Below are positions 28,780 through 39,020 of a stretch of 64,000 bases of DNA, one piece after another. Origin of the DNA: Candidatus Bathyarchaeia archaeon (GTDB lineage: Archaea > Thermoproteota > Bathyarchaeia > 40CM-2-53-6); NCBI GenBank assembly GCA_049517415.1, contig JBEKSC010000012.1, positions 14,107-78,106 on the forward strand, written 5' to 3'. How positions within the stretch are numbered: the stretch's first letter is position 1; every line of letters begins with the position of its first letter. Both the position numbers and the translations under genes were made by a program. Under the pieces are notes generated by a model. That model saw only the letters and a list, made by a program, of their open reading frames with translations. It ran no database searches and was not told the DNA's origin.

Positions 28780-29582
28780 AGCGGCTTAGAATGTCGAACG
28801 ATAAACTGGGGATGGGGTCGTGGGCCACGAATGAAACTACCGTTGAGTTGGTGAAGCAAGCCCACGAGAATGCAATAGGTAGCATGATGAGATCTGGGTT
28901 TGAGGTTCGTAACATCCTCGAGGTTGTTGTGAATCCTCAGCTCCCTTTCATGGGATATACGACCCCGAAGGGCCGGGGCTTCAGGATCGTGGTTTCTGGG
29001 ATGGCTGTGAAATCAGGAATGCTAGAAGGGCTTCTCGTGCACGAATTGTCACATGTTTACAGAATGCAGAATAATCATCCTTCCCATAACCAACACATCA
29101 TAGAAGAAGCACTCAATGGGCTTGTCGGACGAGTCATCTTAGAGGATTATCAGCAGAAGACAATCCACGAACTTGTTAACAACATACAAGACCTGTATGC
29201 AGACGACATTGCTATGAAAATCTTCAGGGAAGGCCACCTCCTTCCGGAAGAACAGTTGAGCAACTTCCTGCAAGGATGGGTGAAAGATGAACCCATGAAA
29301 TCAAATGACCCAAGAAAGGGCAGGTGGATCAACGCGGCAATTCTAGTTAATAATGCACGAGCAATTGCCCAAATGAAGAGGCACAAGATAGCCGACTTGG
29401 GCGGGAAGGCCCTAGCTTCGAACGAGCGACTTCTTGCTCAATTGCCCAAGAAAGTCTCCAGCCAGTTTCAATATTTCACGAATTTAATGGTGAACTTGAA
29501 GGAAAGCATCACTGAAGAAGAATACCGGAGGCTTCTAACGGATTACTTGAGAAAATTCTTGGAAATAACTGAAGAAAACTGA
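28776..29582 (+). CDS. HExxH putative zinc metallopeptidase (DUF5781-like)
   Basis: HELSH..R....HPSH; start uncertain. Confidence 0.7.
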   Translation: MKRLRMSNDKLGMGSWATNETTVELVKQAHENAIGSMMRSGFEVRNILEVVVNPQLPFMGYTTPKGRGFRIVVSGMAVKSGMLEGLLVHELSHVYRMQNNHPSHNQHIIEEALNGLVGRVILEDYQQKTIHELVNNIQDLYADDIAMKIFREGHLLPEEQLSNFLQGWVKDEPMKSNDPRKGRWINAAILVNNARAIAQMKRHKIADLGGKALASNERLLAQLPKKVSSQFQYFTNLMVNLKESITEEEYRRLLTDYLRKFLEITEEN

Positions 29583-29625
29583 AACCACCGACTAGCCTTC
29601 TTACGAGCAATGTATGTTGGTAATC

Positions 29626-30813
29626 TTATCCACCCTTAGAGTACGCGACGCCACTCGACGGCTCCTTGGCCAGAAGAATAACTGAGATTAAGACAAAGGT
29701 ATACAGCGCCGCAACCATCCACGATGTGCCGTAGCCGAAGGATATGACAAGCAGGGAAAAGACAACGGGTGACCAGAATCCGGCAAACATCTGAATGGTA
29801 TTGACCCAACTCACGGCAAGCGTCTCGTACTCAGCCGATGCCGCCCGAACTTTCCGTGCAGCCAGATAACTTATCGTAAAGGCGCCGCTGCTCGACCCCG
29901 CCATCACGGTTGCGCCAATTGCAGAGTAAACGGTTCCTATCGAGGCTATTGCGACGCCGATAGACAAAACCAGTCCAAGAATGAACAGAAGGAGGCGGGT
30001 TCTCTTCGTCTTATCATATAAGATGCCGAAAAGTGGTGATGCGAAAACTGCGGCTAGCGGGCTAAGGGATCCAATTATTCCGGCAGGGGTGGGCCCAAGC
30101 TTCAGATATTGCTCGAGGTAGTAGATCATGAATGTGTTTACGAGAATTTGGCCGCTACCGATCCCGAATAGTTCAAGCGAGAGCAAGAATAGCCATCGGT
30201 TTGAGAGAACTCGCCGTAGGTCCGGCAATTTAATGGTGAACTCCTTCCGAAACTCGTCCTTTGGTAGATAAGCCAAAAGAAGTAGACCGCCGAGAATTCC
30301 CAACCCACCACTTGCGGCTAGGGCCGGTCGCCAACCAGTTAACTCGGCGAGAACTGACCACCCAAAGAGGCCTATAGCTGACCCAACATAGTAGGCGCCG
30401 TTGAAGACTCCCACTCCCAGCCCCTGCGATTCCCGTCGAAATGCTTTCGCGATTAACGTAACCCCGGGCGCAAAGAATAGACCCAATCCCACTCCCACTA
30501 GGAATCTTAGCAAAACCAATTGGTAGAATTGATAGGTGAAAGCCGTAAGAACTGCTGCGGCAGAGGACAGTAGCATTCCGTAGATGGCAGTTTTCCTCGG
30601 CCCGAACTTTGCCGCCGCGATTCCTGCTGGGATTTGAAACAATCCAACGCCGATGTAGAAACTTGCAGTCAATACGCCGAGCCCCGAAATATTTAGGCCG
30701 AAGTCAGTAGCTATGAATGCAAACACGGCCGCAATATTGTACCAATTAATCGCGTAGGTTACTCTAGAGAGAATGAGAGAAGCAACAACGTCGCGGTTAA
30801 GTACTCGCCTCAA
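29626..30813 (-). CDS. MFS transporter
   Basis: 12-TM pattern, G..A.KFGPRK motif A. Confidence 0.88.
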   Translation of the reverse strand: MRRVLNRDVVASLILSRVTYAINWYNIAAVFAFIATDFGLNISGLGVLTASFYIGVGLFQIPAGIAAAKFGPRKTAIYGMLLSSAAAVLTAFTYQFYQLVLLRFLVGVGLGLFFAPGVTLIAKAFRRESQGLGVGVFNGAYYVGSAIGLFGWSVLAELTGWRPALAASGGLGILGGLLLLAYLPKDEFRKEFTIKLPDLRRVLSNRWLFLLSLELFGIGSGQILVNTFMIYYLEQYLKLGPTPAGIIGSLSPLAAVFASPLFGILYDKTKRTRLLLFILGLVLSIGVAIASIGTVYSAIGATVMAGSSSGAFTISYLAARKVRAASAEYETLAVSWVNTIQMFAGFWSPVVFSLLVISFGYGTSWMVAALYTFVLISVILLAKEPSSGVAYSKGG

Positions 30814-30981
30814 AGCGACTGCTTCTCCCTCAATTGACCTAGCGCTGCAGGGAGAATTCTACCACTAATGAACTATGCTGGCTGCGCTTCACATGCGAAA
30901 ACAACTGACCAAACGATAGTTACAGGCTTCTTACGTAACTTGATTCCCGCTCAACTAATAGTTCTTCCTTGAGAAGTTGAG

Positions 30982-30998
30982 AAAAAAGAAAGAAGAAA
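30982..30998 (-). terminator. Oligo-pyrimidine archaeal terminator
   Basis: TTTCTTCTTTCTTTTTT on the minus strand just after the micro-ORF stop. Confidence 0.5.
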
Positions 30999-31019
30999 TT
31001 CTTGACGACAGCCTCCGGC

Positions 31020-31124
31020 TCAGTAGTCTAGTTCGTATTCCTGCCATTCCAGCGTGGGGTAGTATCCGTACCAAGGGTTGTAGGCGTAGACGTAGCTGGG
31101 CATCCAAACTCTTTGCTTCCTCAA
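31020..31124 (-). CDS. 34-aa Tyr/Trp-rich micro-protein (not in ORF track)
   Basis: GGAGGTG RBS, TTG start, MRKQRVWMPSYVYAYNPWYGYYPTLEWQEYELDY, T-tract downstream. Confidence 0.65.
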   Translation of the reverse strand: MRKQRVWMPSYVYAYNPWYGYYPTLEWQEYELDY

Positions 31125-31517
31125 TTATATCGACACCTCCTTTTCTCGTTCTTCACGTCATTTGTGAATGCGGTTTCCAACCGCTTAACTCCTAGTGCCA
31201 CGCCTCTACTTTCGTAACGGTTCTTCCACCTGGTAGAAATCCCTGTGGCCTAGAGCGTCCGCCAGGGAGACGCATGCACGAAACCAGCATGCCGCGACGA
31301 GCTGTTTATCTTCCACAAGCATAGAATAGAAAAGCGTGATACAAGACAACAGGAATTGAATCGGGGTCGGGGATAATGCCCAACGTTAAGCAAACGTGAA
31401 ATCCCCACAAAAAACGAGCAACCCTCATCCTTTCAGAGATTATAACGAAACTCATGATTGCTAGTTTACACAGGTATGGAATCCAACTTTCGCACCGAGG
31501 GACGTGATGAGTCTACT

Positions 31518-31832
31518 ATGAATTGGCGATGCGCGTCTTGCGGATGGGAAGCAAAAACAAATCGTCAGAAATGCCCTAACTGTGGGGTCATGGCTTGGAA
31601 ACCCGCCCCGAAGAAGGATTTGAAGGAACTCTCAGGCCCACTGAAACGAATTGCTCCTAGAGGGCTCCTTCTAGCTAACCCGGGAAAACAAGCGAAGGAG
31701 GAGTCTAATGGTATCGCATGCGGAATATGTCACGCAGTCATCTATAGACCTGACAAAGGGTTTGATGCCGAGGCATTAGAAGAGGCACGTAAAACGCATT
31801 ATTCCACCTCTCCTGCCTGTAAGGGGGCCTAA
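31518..31832 (+). CDS. Zinc-finger protein
   Basis: CASC..CPNC and CGIC...H....C. Confidence 0.65.
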   Translation: MNWRCASCGWEAKTNRQKCPNCGVMAWKPAPKKDLKELSGPLKRIAPRGLLLANPGKQAKEESNGIACGICHAVIYRPDKGFDAEALEEARKTHYSTSPACKGA

Positions 31833-31906
31833 GTGAAGGAAGCTTACGTGCCTCACCCAGCAAGACCAACCATAGGTCAATACTGGCGGGGGTTGGCGAG
31901 GTCATC

Positions 31907-32704
31907 GTGGGGTTGTTGATCATCGCCGCGCCGCTTCAGGAATACTCGATGTATGTGAACTCAATCCCGACTTTTTTCAGCCTAGACTTGTCCCTACTCG
32001 AAGATCTCGGCTACCTAGTCGTCGCCTTAACGTTGCTCGGTCTTTTCTTCGTTGCTCTGGGCCTTCGCCAAATATTAAACGAATTACGGTCAAGCAACCG
32101 TTCCACCCCAGTGACATTCCTAGTCATCTCTAAAGTCCTCAGCGAGGTAGGGTACTGGCGAATTATGGCCGCGGCAACCCTGCTCTATGGTCTCTTATTC
32201 GCGGTTGTTACTGGGATTGTTGTGTACCGGCCTATGGAAGACTTTGCACAAGAATATTTCACTCAAATCCCGTCCGCAGTCCTTGCAGTGTGCTGTGGAA
32301 GTGCAGGCCTAGTCCCAGTCCTAACGGTATTTGTAACGAATCATCTGGGCCTGCTGATTATTCCCGCTAACATACTGATCCTAACGGCTGTCTCTGTACT
32401 GGTGGGGCTCAACGCCACGCTGACAGTGTGTGAATATCACAACAGGCCTCGCGATGCGTCTGGCCGATGGTTGTTAGGGTTAGGAGCCATCACCGGACTG
32501 TTCACCGCTTGTCCCACATGCGCCGGCCTCTTCTTCTCCACCATCGTCGTAGCCTTGGGATCATCCGCTCTCGTCATCCTGCCGAGCACACAATTCTACT
32601 TTGTAGTGGGCACAGTTCTCTTACTTATAGCGGGAGTGTACTTCGCCAGAGTTCTAGGGCAAGCCGTGCTTGGCCAGTCCTTTAGCGAGTCCAAGACGCG
32701 TTGA
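31907..32704 (+). CDS. Membrane protein with CC and CPTC motifs
   Basis: Multiple TM helices, AVCCG, FTACPTCAG. Confidence 0.75.
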   Translation: MGLLIIAAPLQEYSMYVNSIPTFFSLDLSLLEDLGYLVVALTLLGLFFVALGLRQILNELRSSNRSTPVTFLVISKVLSEVGYWRIMAAATLLYGLLFAVVTGIVVYRPMEDFAQEYFTQIPSAVLAVCCGSAGLVPVLTVFVTNHLGLLIIPANILILTAVSVLVGLNATLTVCEYHNRPRDASGRWLLGLGAITGLFTACPTCAGLFFSTIVVALGSSALVILPSTQFYFVVGTVLLLIAGVYFARVLGQAVLGQSFSESKTR

Positions 32705-32951
32705 TGAGGGGCTGGCCGGTTAAGAAAAAGCTTAAAACAATTTACGATACATCAAATCATGGTCGTACAACCTCATGCCCTCAAAGAAACCGAGTAGCGG
32801 AAGAATCTACATACTCATCGCCGCGGTTATTGCGGTTTTCATATTTGCGGAGTGGATTAGTGTTTTCTTCTACGGCCATCTGCCAGCAGGCTACCCATAA
32901 GGCAACGTTACGGAATACGCAGTCGATGGCTTCAGGCAGAGGTCGTCCGAT

Positions 32952-34391
32952 TTACGCCTGAGAGACTACATGCAATTTCAAGTATGCACCTTGGTTGATC
33001 AACCCGTCAGTAAGGGTCACTAAAAGCGTGTAGTCACCGATTTGCAAGCTTCTGTCAGCAGTCACATTCACCAAAACCGTCTCCCGGCCATTCAACGACT
33101 GAATTTCTGTCACGTTCGCAGTCATTAGAATTCTCTGCGGCCGCCCAGTGACGTTTTCCGTATCAGCGAAAAGAATCATTATAGGAGAGCGCGACTCGCC
33201 GCTGACTGTAAAGGTCAAATTAACGTTGCCGCCAGGCTTCAGCTTGATGTTCGAGCTGCTTGCCTGGGATATTGTGTAGCTTGGAATGTAAGAGGCGTCA
33301 ACATATCCGACATAATTAGCAGTTAACTCCGTGAACCAGGCTTTCCCTCCGCCTAAGGAAAAAGTCAACGCGTTATCAATTCCCATTATTTTGCTCGCGG
33401 GTGGGTTCGAGAGGCTGTACTCTGTTAGTAGCGAATGCTTCGTATCGATCACAGCCATATGATTTGCATAATGTTCGTTGAACCAAACCTGTGAACCGTT
33501 CGTTGCCACAAAATATGGTAGCGTCGTGTCCTCATAGCTAATTGGCGAAGTGGGATAGAACACCCAATCATCTGCCCTAAAGCTGTAGAAGGCAACGGCA
33601 GAGCTTGCATGCTGAGCCACCCAAATCCCGTCTGAACCTACCATCAGACTCGATGGGGCTCGTAAGTTGAACGCCCCATCGATCGTCTGCGGAGAAAAGT
33701 GTTTTGGGTTGAAGGATAGGAGCGTTCCCAACCCGCTGCTCACGTTGCCGCCGTCAAGATAGTATCCCGAAGTGTCATTCTCAAACCCGACCTGGGTTGG
33801 CGTCCCTCCGAAATTCTGTGGTAGAGCAAACTCCTCCAGCTTGCATTGCGCGTCGAGTCTACCAATCTTTGAGGCGAAGAGTTCAGTGAACCATAATGCT
33901 CCGTCGGGGCCAAGAGTAATTGTATAGGGAAACGCAGCCCACTCGCTTAATCTGATGGCGTACACCGCCCCACTGAAAGGATCCAACCCGACAATCTGAC
34001 TACCCAAGGCGTCACTTGCCCATATTCTACCATTCCATTGAACCACACCCCAAATGCTAGTGGTCGATGGCGAGTACGTGAATGGCCAAGCATATTCCAG
34101 CATCGTACCATTCGAATACAAATGAGCAATCCCAGGCACGTTCAGCTCCCCAAACCACACAGACCCGTCCGAGAGTGCAGTTATACCGTTCGGAAATTTG
34201 TCGCCCGGTAAACGAAACTTCGTAACACCATCAAAGTATTCATTCTGTAAATCAAATTTAGATATCTTTGCTTGGCCGAGCATTTTGCCACAGGAAGAGG
34301 AGGGCACGAAGGATAGGTAAAGCAACGATCCGGAGAGGATCACCGCAAATCCAAAAGCAAGTAACAAAGCCCTCCTGCGCATTTCTCTCAC
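32952..34391 (-). CDS. Membrane-anchored Vgb (streptogramin lyase)-like beta-propeller protein
   Basis: DG.VWF.E, GPDGALWFTE, WFNEH.AN, WFTE.TAN repeats. Confidence 0.8.
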   Translation of the reverse strand: MREMRRRALLLAFGFAVILSGSLLYLSFVPSSSCGKMLGQAKISKFDLQNEYFDGVTKFRLPGDKFPNGITALSDGSVWFGELNVPGIAHLYSNGTMLEYAWPFTYSPSTTSIWGVVQWNGRIWASDALGSQIVGLDPFSGAVYAIRLSEWAAFPYTITLGPDGALWFTELFASKIGRLDAQCKLEEFALPQNFGGTPTQVGFENDTSGYYLDGGNVSSGLGTLLSFNPKHFSPQTIDGAFNLRAPSSLMVGSDGIWVAQHASSAVAFYSFRADDWVFYPTSPISYEDTTLPYFVATNGSQVWFNEHYANHMAVIDTKHSLLTEYSLSNPPASKIMGIDNALTFSLGGGKAWFTELTANYVGYVDASYIPSYTISQASSSNIKLKPGGNVNLTFTVSGESRSPIMILFADTENVTGRPQRILMTANVTEIQSLNGRETVLVNVTADRSLQIGDYTLLVTLTDGLINQGAYLKLHVVSQA

Positions 34392-34469
34392 TCGCTTCTT
34401 CCACTTAGAAGAGATTCAGTTAGAAAAACCTGAGTCTGCGTCCATTCTCTCAGTCAATAAGGAAATATA

Positions 34470-34964
34470 GTGTCAGTGACGAAGGCTTCGAGAGGCCGAG
34501 TTCTGCTGAACAAACTCCTCTTAGTCGGCATATTAACAGCCGTAGTGGTAGGTTCCGTGGTAAGCATTTACTGGCCTTCATTGAGCACTCCAGCGAATCA
34601 GGCGCCAGTAACTCAAAGAGCGGCAGATTGCGTGAAGCCTCCGGGTTACTTTCTCATCGTTGCCAACCTGGACGGTTTCAATGACAGCGTCGCCCACCTA
34701 CAGAAGTCACCCAACGAACCGTGGCCGGTCATCAGGGTCCATGAGGGCGACAGAGTGAACATTATGGTTTGTAATAGTGATGATTACTCGCCCCACGGGT
34801 TCGCCATCGAACGTTACCTAGACGCTGGCGTGGCCTTGATGCCGCATGAAACTTTCCGCGTCTCCTTCACAGCAGATCAGGCGGGTAATTTCACATTTTA
34901 TTGCAACATATTCTGCCCGGTTCACCCTTACATGTTGAGTGGGCTGCTTATTGTTGCTGAATAG
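34470..34964 (+). CDS. Membrane-anchored cupredoxin with CuA-like site
   Basis: HGFAI and FYCNIFCPVHPYM. Confidence 0.82.
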   Translation: MSVTKASRGRVLLNKLLLVGILTAVVVGSVVSIYWPSLSTPANQAPVTQRAADCVKPPGYFLIVANLDGFNDSVAHLQKSPNEPWPVIRVHEGDRVNIMVCNSDDYSPHGFAIERYLDAGVALMPHETFRVSFTADQAGNFTFYCNIFCPVHPYMLSGLLIVAE

Positions 34965-35083
34965 GAATGTTTGGATTCAATTTTGTAACGTGATTATGTC
35001 CAAGGTTGGAAGGGATCGCGTGGTCCGCCGTATCCTGGCGCTTACGTGACGCTGGAAATCACAGCATGATAAGCAAAACGACA

Positions 35084-36010
35084 TTACACTAGATGAGCCG
35101 CAACGACGAGCAGGAGAACCACGAACAAATAGACTATTGACATCTTGAACACGCGCCACGCGCTCATTGGCGTTGGATGTTTTATCATTCTAATATTCGC
35201 GGCCAGAAACCTAGCGTTGTACGCGATTAGGATACCCCCCAGGAGAATGAATGCCCAAATATTGCCCTGATAAGCGGTCAAGACGAAGAGTCCGATGGTG
35301 AACGGGAAGAGAGCTATGTTTGAAACTGCTGCGTAGACGGCACTTTTCTGCACGCCATCAACGACAGGGAGCATTGGGACTTGAACCTTCGCGTACTCTT
35401 TCGCTTTAGCTATCGCCAACCCCCAGAAGTGACCCGGTGTCCAAAGGAAAATCAGAAACGCGACGAGAAGCGCCACCATGCTGATTGATCCCGTAACAGC
35501 AGCCCATCCTGCGAGTGCGGAGAAGGAGCCGGCGGCTCCGCCTATGACGATGTTCCACTTCGTCCTAGGTTTCAGCCATAGCGTGTAAACAAAAACGTAC
35601 CAGATTACGCCCAACCCGATGAATGAGGCGGTCAGGGCGTTCAAGAAGAATACGGCCAATGCTACACCACTAACCGAAAGCACTAGGCCGAATGAAAAAG
35701 CGGCGTTGGCGGATACTCGCCCTGAAGGGAGAGGCCTGTGCCGAGTCCGGTTCATTTGAAAATCAATGCGTCTTTCAATAAAGCAGTTCAGCGCCCCTGC
35801 GCCGGCGGCTGATAGAAACCCAGCCACGCCAAGCAAAAGCAGTGAGGTAGCGGTAACAACGTGGAGCCCTACTGCCAGAAGCATTGTTGCTAAACCGACG
35901 AACACATTCAACGATGCTATAGCAGGCTTTGTCATGCTGAAGTAATCAGAAAGGTTGTGGAAGAAGAGCCTCCCTTGACCTGTTGATCGCATATGATCAC
36001 GTCCGCCCAT
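35084..36010 (-). CDS. ctaB: Protoheme IX farnesyltransferase (heme O synthase)
   Basis: TKP, D..M.RT..RPLPSG, YTLWLKPRT, NIVIGGAAG, WTP.HFW. Confidence 0.93.
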   Translation of the reverse strand: MGGRDHMRSTGQGRLFFHNLSDYFSMTKPAIASLNVFVGLATMLLAVGLHVVTATSLLLLGVAGFLSAAGAGALNCFIERRIDFQMNRTRHRPLPSGRVSANAAFSFGLVLSVSGVALAVFFLNALTASFIGLGVIWYVFVYTLWLKPRTKWNIVIGGAAGSFSALAGWAAVTGSISMVALLVAFLIFLWTPGHFWGLAIAKAKEYAKVQVPMLPVVDGVQKSAVYAAVSNIALFPFTIGLFVLTAYQGNIWAFILLGGILIAYNARFLAANIRMIKHPTPMSAWRVFKMSIVYLFVVLLLVVAAHLV

Positions 36011-36108
36011 TCATCCTTTAGGCTTATCGCAACCACCATTAAGCATTACTTAAAATCCTTCTTCAGCCCTAGATCCCTTGATAGTGCACTACCTTGCGAG
36101 AATCAAGC

Positions 36109-36514
36109 ATGATTGGCAGCCTCTTCGTGGCGTCCGGCATTCTTGGAATTGCCATACTTGCTTTGGACAAGGTGCTGAGGGCCGGCGCTCCGCCGCACTA
36201 TTACGCACATTGTTTTCGTGATCATTGACTTCTTGGTCGGAGCGTTAGCGTTCCCTATGCCCAAGGGCATGCTAGTGCGTTTGGCCGTTCTCTGGAGCGT
36301 GGTGCGTATCCTGATTCAACTTGGCGATGTGTACTTAGGCCCCATGTACCAATTCACGTACGCCCAGTTCGCGGATTACTTGTTCAACCCGCTGAGTTCT
36401 CTGCCAGCAAGCCTAGGCAACCCTGCTGGGATTCCACCTGTTCCAATAGACCTGACACTCGTCATTAACATCACAGTGCTCTTAATTTCCGTGAGAGCTT
36501 GGTCAAAAGGATGA
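36109..36514 (+). pseudogene. Membrane protein, frameshifted near 36208
   Basis: MIGSLFVASGILGIAILALD...HYYA continues as IVFVIIDFLVG after one unpaired base. Confidence 0.6.
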
Positions 36515-36584
36515 AGAACGCCCGTTAGCCTGAAACTGCATAACTCCTAAATTCTCAACTCCAAAATGACTCTGGCCGAAGCCA

Positions 36585-37322
36585 TTGCCCGACCTAACTC
36601 CGGCCCTCCTCATAGTCGAACTCGTTTTACTGCTCGCAACACTAGCGCTCATAATCCTTGCAAGAAGAGAATCAAGGGGCCGGGAGAACCTACTTCAACA
36701 AATGACCCACACTGCAAGAATGGTCTCAAGGCAGGAATACTTTAACTCAGTTCACTTCGTAATGCAAAACGCGAAGAACTCTATCAAGGGCTCGATCACT
36801 GGATCCGCGCCAACAACCTCGGAGCAGAACGACCAGATCCAAGCAATCATAGATCACATCCGCATGGCGAGAAAACGGAACGTCGCGATTCAATACCTCC
36901 TACCAAGGACGCCTGACAGAGTCGTTGTGGCAAATAGGTACCGGGAAGTTGGGGCAGAGATAAGATTTCATCCGGGCATACTCGTAAGTGATTTGAGGTA
37001 TACCGTGATAGACAACAATTACACAGTGTTAGGATTACCGAGCAGCGCTGGCGAGAATCAACCCACCCGGGAAGGCTACGTAATCCCCTCCGAGGGACTA
37101 GCACAAGTATTCCTACGCCAATTCCAGAGCAAATGGGATGAAGCCACTGCGTACGACCAGTATCTCAAAGAAGTGCTTTCAGAAATAAGAACCCACAACC
37201 CGGCAGTTTCCACTGAGCTACTGTCCTCGCAATTGCAAATCCAAGAATCTGAAGTCAAACGGATACTGTCATTAGATGAACCAGCCTCCCAATCAACAGG
37301 AAAACAGGCTTTAGTGAAATGA
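36585..37322 (+). CDS. TM-anchored TrmB/PLD-like domain hypothetical protein
   Basis: N-terminal TM helix; A..R.V.I.YL and Y.VID pattern; F...W..A. Confidence 0.65.
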   Translation: MPDLTPALLIVELVLLLATLALIILARRESRGRENLLQQMTHTARMVSRQEYFNSVHFVMQNAKNSIKGSITGSAPTTSEQNDQIQAIIDHIRMARKRNVAIQYLLPRTPDRVVVANRYREVGAEIRFHPGILVSDLRYTVIDNNYTVLGLPSSAGENQPTREGYVIPSEGLAQVFLRQFQSKWDEATAYDQYLKEVLSEIRTHNPAVSTELLSSQLQIQESEVKRILSLDEPASQSTGKQALVK

Positions 37323-37375
37323 GTCAACATTAAGTATGCCATACGTCATGTCGTGCCTGGCGGGTTCCAAGTAGG

Positions 37376-38236
37376 TTGGTCAACTATTCTCAACTGCTCA
37401 TCCTTGGCGCCTTTGCTGGCCTAACCATCTTTCTTGGGCTGCCAATTGCAGTGCTTCAGGGATTGAGCTCAAAGGCGAAGGGATTCTTCAACGCCTTTGC
37501 AATTGGAATTCTGATCTTTTTGATAATTGATGTTTTCAGCCACGCGTGGCAATCAGCCTTAGACACGACCTTCAGTGCCTTCGTTGGAAAATCACCCATG
37601 ATTGACGGGGCGACCGACCTTCTCGCAATGTTCGGAGGACTTGCCCTCGGTCTATTGGGATTGACTTGGTATGGATGCCGCTACATGAGCGACACCCCGC
37701 AGCCAATCCCAGCTGGAAGCAGGGTTAGGAGTTCGAGTAGCGGTAACCAGAAGCGCGAGTTGCAATTGTTGCAGCAAGTGAGCAGCTACAGGCTTTCAAT
37801 GATGATAGCCATTGGCATTGGGGCACACAATTTGAGCGAAGGACTCGCAATAGGCCAGTCGTATGCGTCAGGATCTTTAGGGCTAGCTTTGATGCTGATC
37901 ATTGGATTCGCAGCCCACAATGCGACTGAAGGATTTGGAATAGCCGCCCCCCTAACTGGGCTTTCGAAGAGACCGAGTAACAGGTTCATTCTGTTGGCCG
38001 GGTTGATTGGGGGTGGGCCCACTTTCATTGGTACGTTGCTGGGCAGCCTCTGGGCTTCGCCTTTGGCCTACATCTTCTTCCTCAGCCTAGCTGGGGGCGC
38101 GTTGATCTATGTCACCATGTTGATGTACAATTCGGGAAGAAGGCAAGTCACGTACGACATTCTAATGCTCGGCATCTTTGTCGGGTTAACGGCGGGATTC
38201 ATATCAGACCTAGTAGTCAGCCTAGGTGGAGCTTAG
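37376..38236 (+). CDS. ZIP-family metal transporter
   Basis: HNLSEGLAIG and HNATEGFGI. Confidence 0.9.
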   Translation: MVNYSQLLILGAFAGLTIFLGLPIAVLQGLSSKAKGFFNAFAIGILIFLIIDVFSHAWQSALDTTFSAFVGKSPMIDGATDLLAMFGGLALGLLGLTWYGCRYMSDTPQPIPAGSRVRSSSSGNQKRELQLLQQVSSYRLSMMIAIGIGAHNLSEGLAIGQSYASGSLGLALMLIIGFAAHNATEGFGIAAPLTGLSKRPSNRFILLAGLIGGGPTFIGTLLGSLWASPLAYIFFLSLAGGALIYVTMLMYNSGRRQVTYDILMLGIFVGLTAGFISDLVVSLGGA

Positions 38237-38364
38237 CCGAGGCCCCTGCGAACAGTGCGTTTTCTTCGGACAGCATTGATGTTATTTAGCGGAACTATCC
38301 TTCTAACTAACGAGCTGGCACGCTTCAGCAGGAAGTCGAGCACCCTATTCAGGAGGCCATTCTA

Positions 38365-38574
38365 GTGGGATACATTTCACGTGTTGCTGGAATACTTCTA
38401 TGGATTCTTGGACTCTTTATTACGAGTACAGTGATTTACCTCGTGTACTCGGCCGCGGTACCCTACGTTACCCCATCGGCCGTTTGGCTCTTAGCCGTAC
38501 TGCTGATCCTCGCTGGGATTGCCATATTGGCGTACTGGGCTTCCGTTCTTTCACATGGCGTTTCAGGTCGGTAA
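38365..38574 (+). CDS. Small 2-TM protein
   Basis: Two hydrophobic helices, GGAGG RBS. Confidence 0.55.
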   Translation: MGYISRVAGILLWILGLFITSTVIYLVYSAAVPYVTPSAVWLLAVLLILAGIAILAYWASVLSHGVSGR

Positions 38575-38672
38575 CTTTACGTAGCCAGAGTGACGGGTCG
38601 AACACACCTCTGGCCACTAAGGATGCCAATAAGTGAAACGATACTTAGAATGGCGGGGCGGGAGAGAAGAAG

Positions 38673-39011
38673 ATGGGGCAAGACGAAGATCGAGTAGCCA
38701 TAATTGCTGACAAGTATCTTGCACTCGGATTCAGGATGGCGGGAGTCATCGCGTTTCCGGTTCGAGATGCCGGAGAGGCGGCCGTTGCCCTTGATAGAAT
38801 TCTTGGAGAGGACAAGTATGATGTCATAATCATTACTGAGAATCTATCCAGCGCGCTAAAAAAGCAAAGGGAAGCACTCCTAGCAAGAGAGAGGCAACGA
38901 CCGGTGATAGCCGTAATACCCGATTTTAGCGGACCAACGGGAGACAGGCTCCGTGAACTTCGGGCACTAGTAACACAGTCGGTTGGAGCAGAACTAAAGT
39001 TCGAGAGTTGA
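38673..39011 (+). CDS. atpF: A/V-type ATP synthase subunit F
   Basis: GFRMAGV, IIITE, P....IP, ..SVGA. Confidence 0.9.
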   Translation: MGQDEDRVAIIADKYLALGFRMAGVIAFPVRDAGEAAVALDRILGEDKYDVIIITENLSSALKKQREALLARERQRPVIAVIPDFSGPTGDRLRELRALVTQSVGAELKFES

Positions 39012-39020
39012 ATCGGAGAC

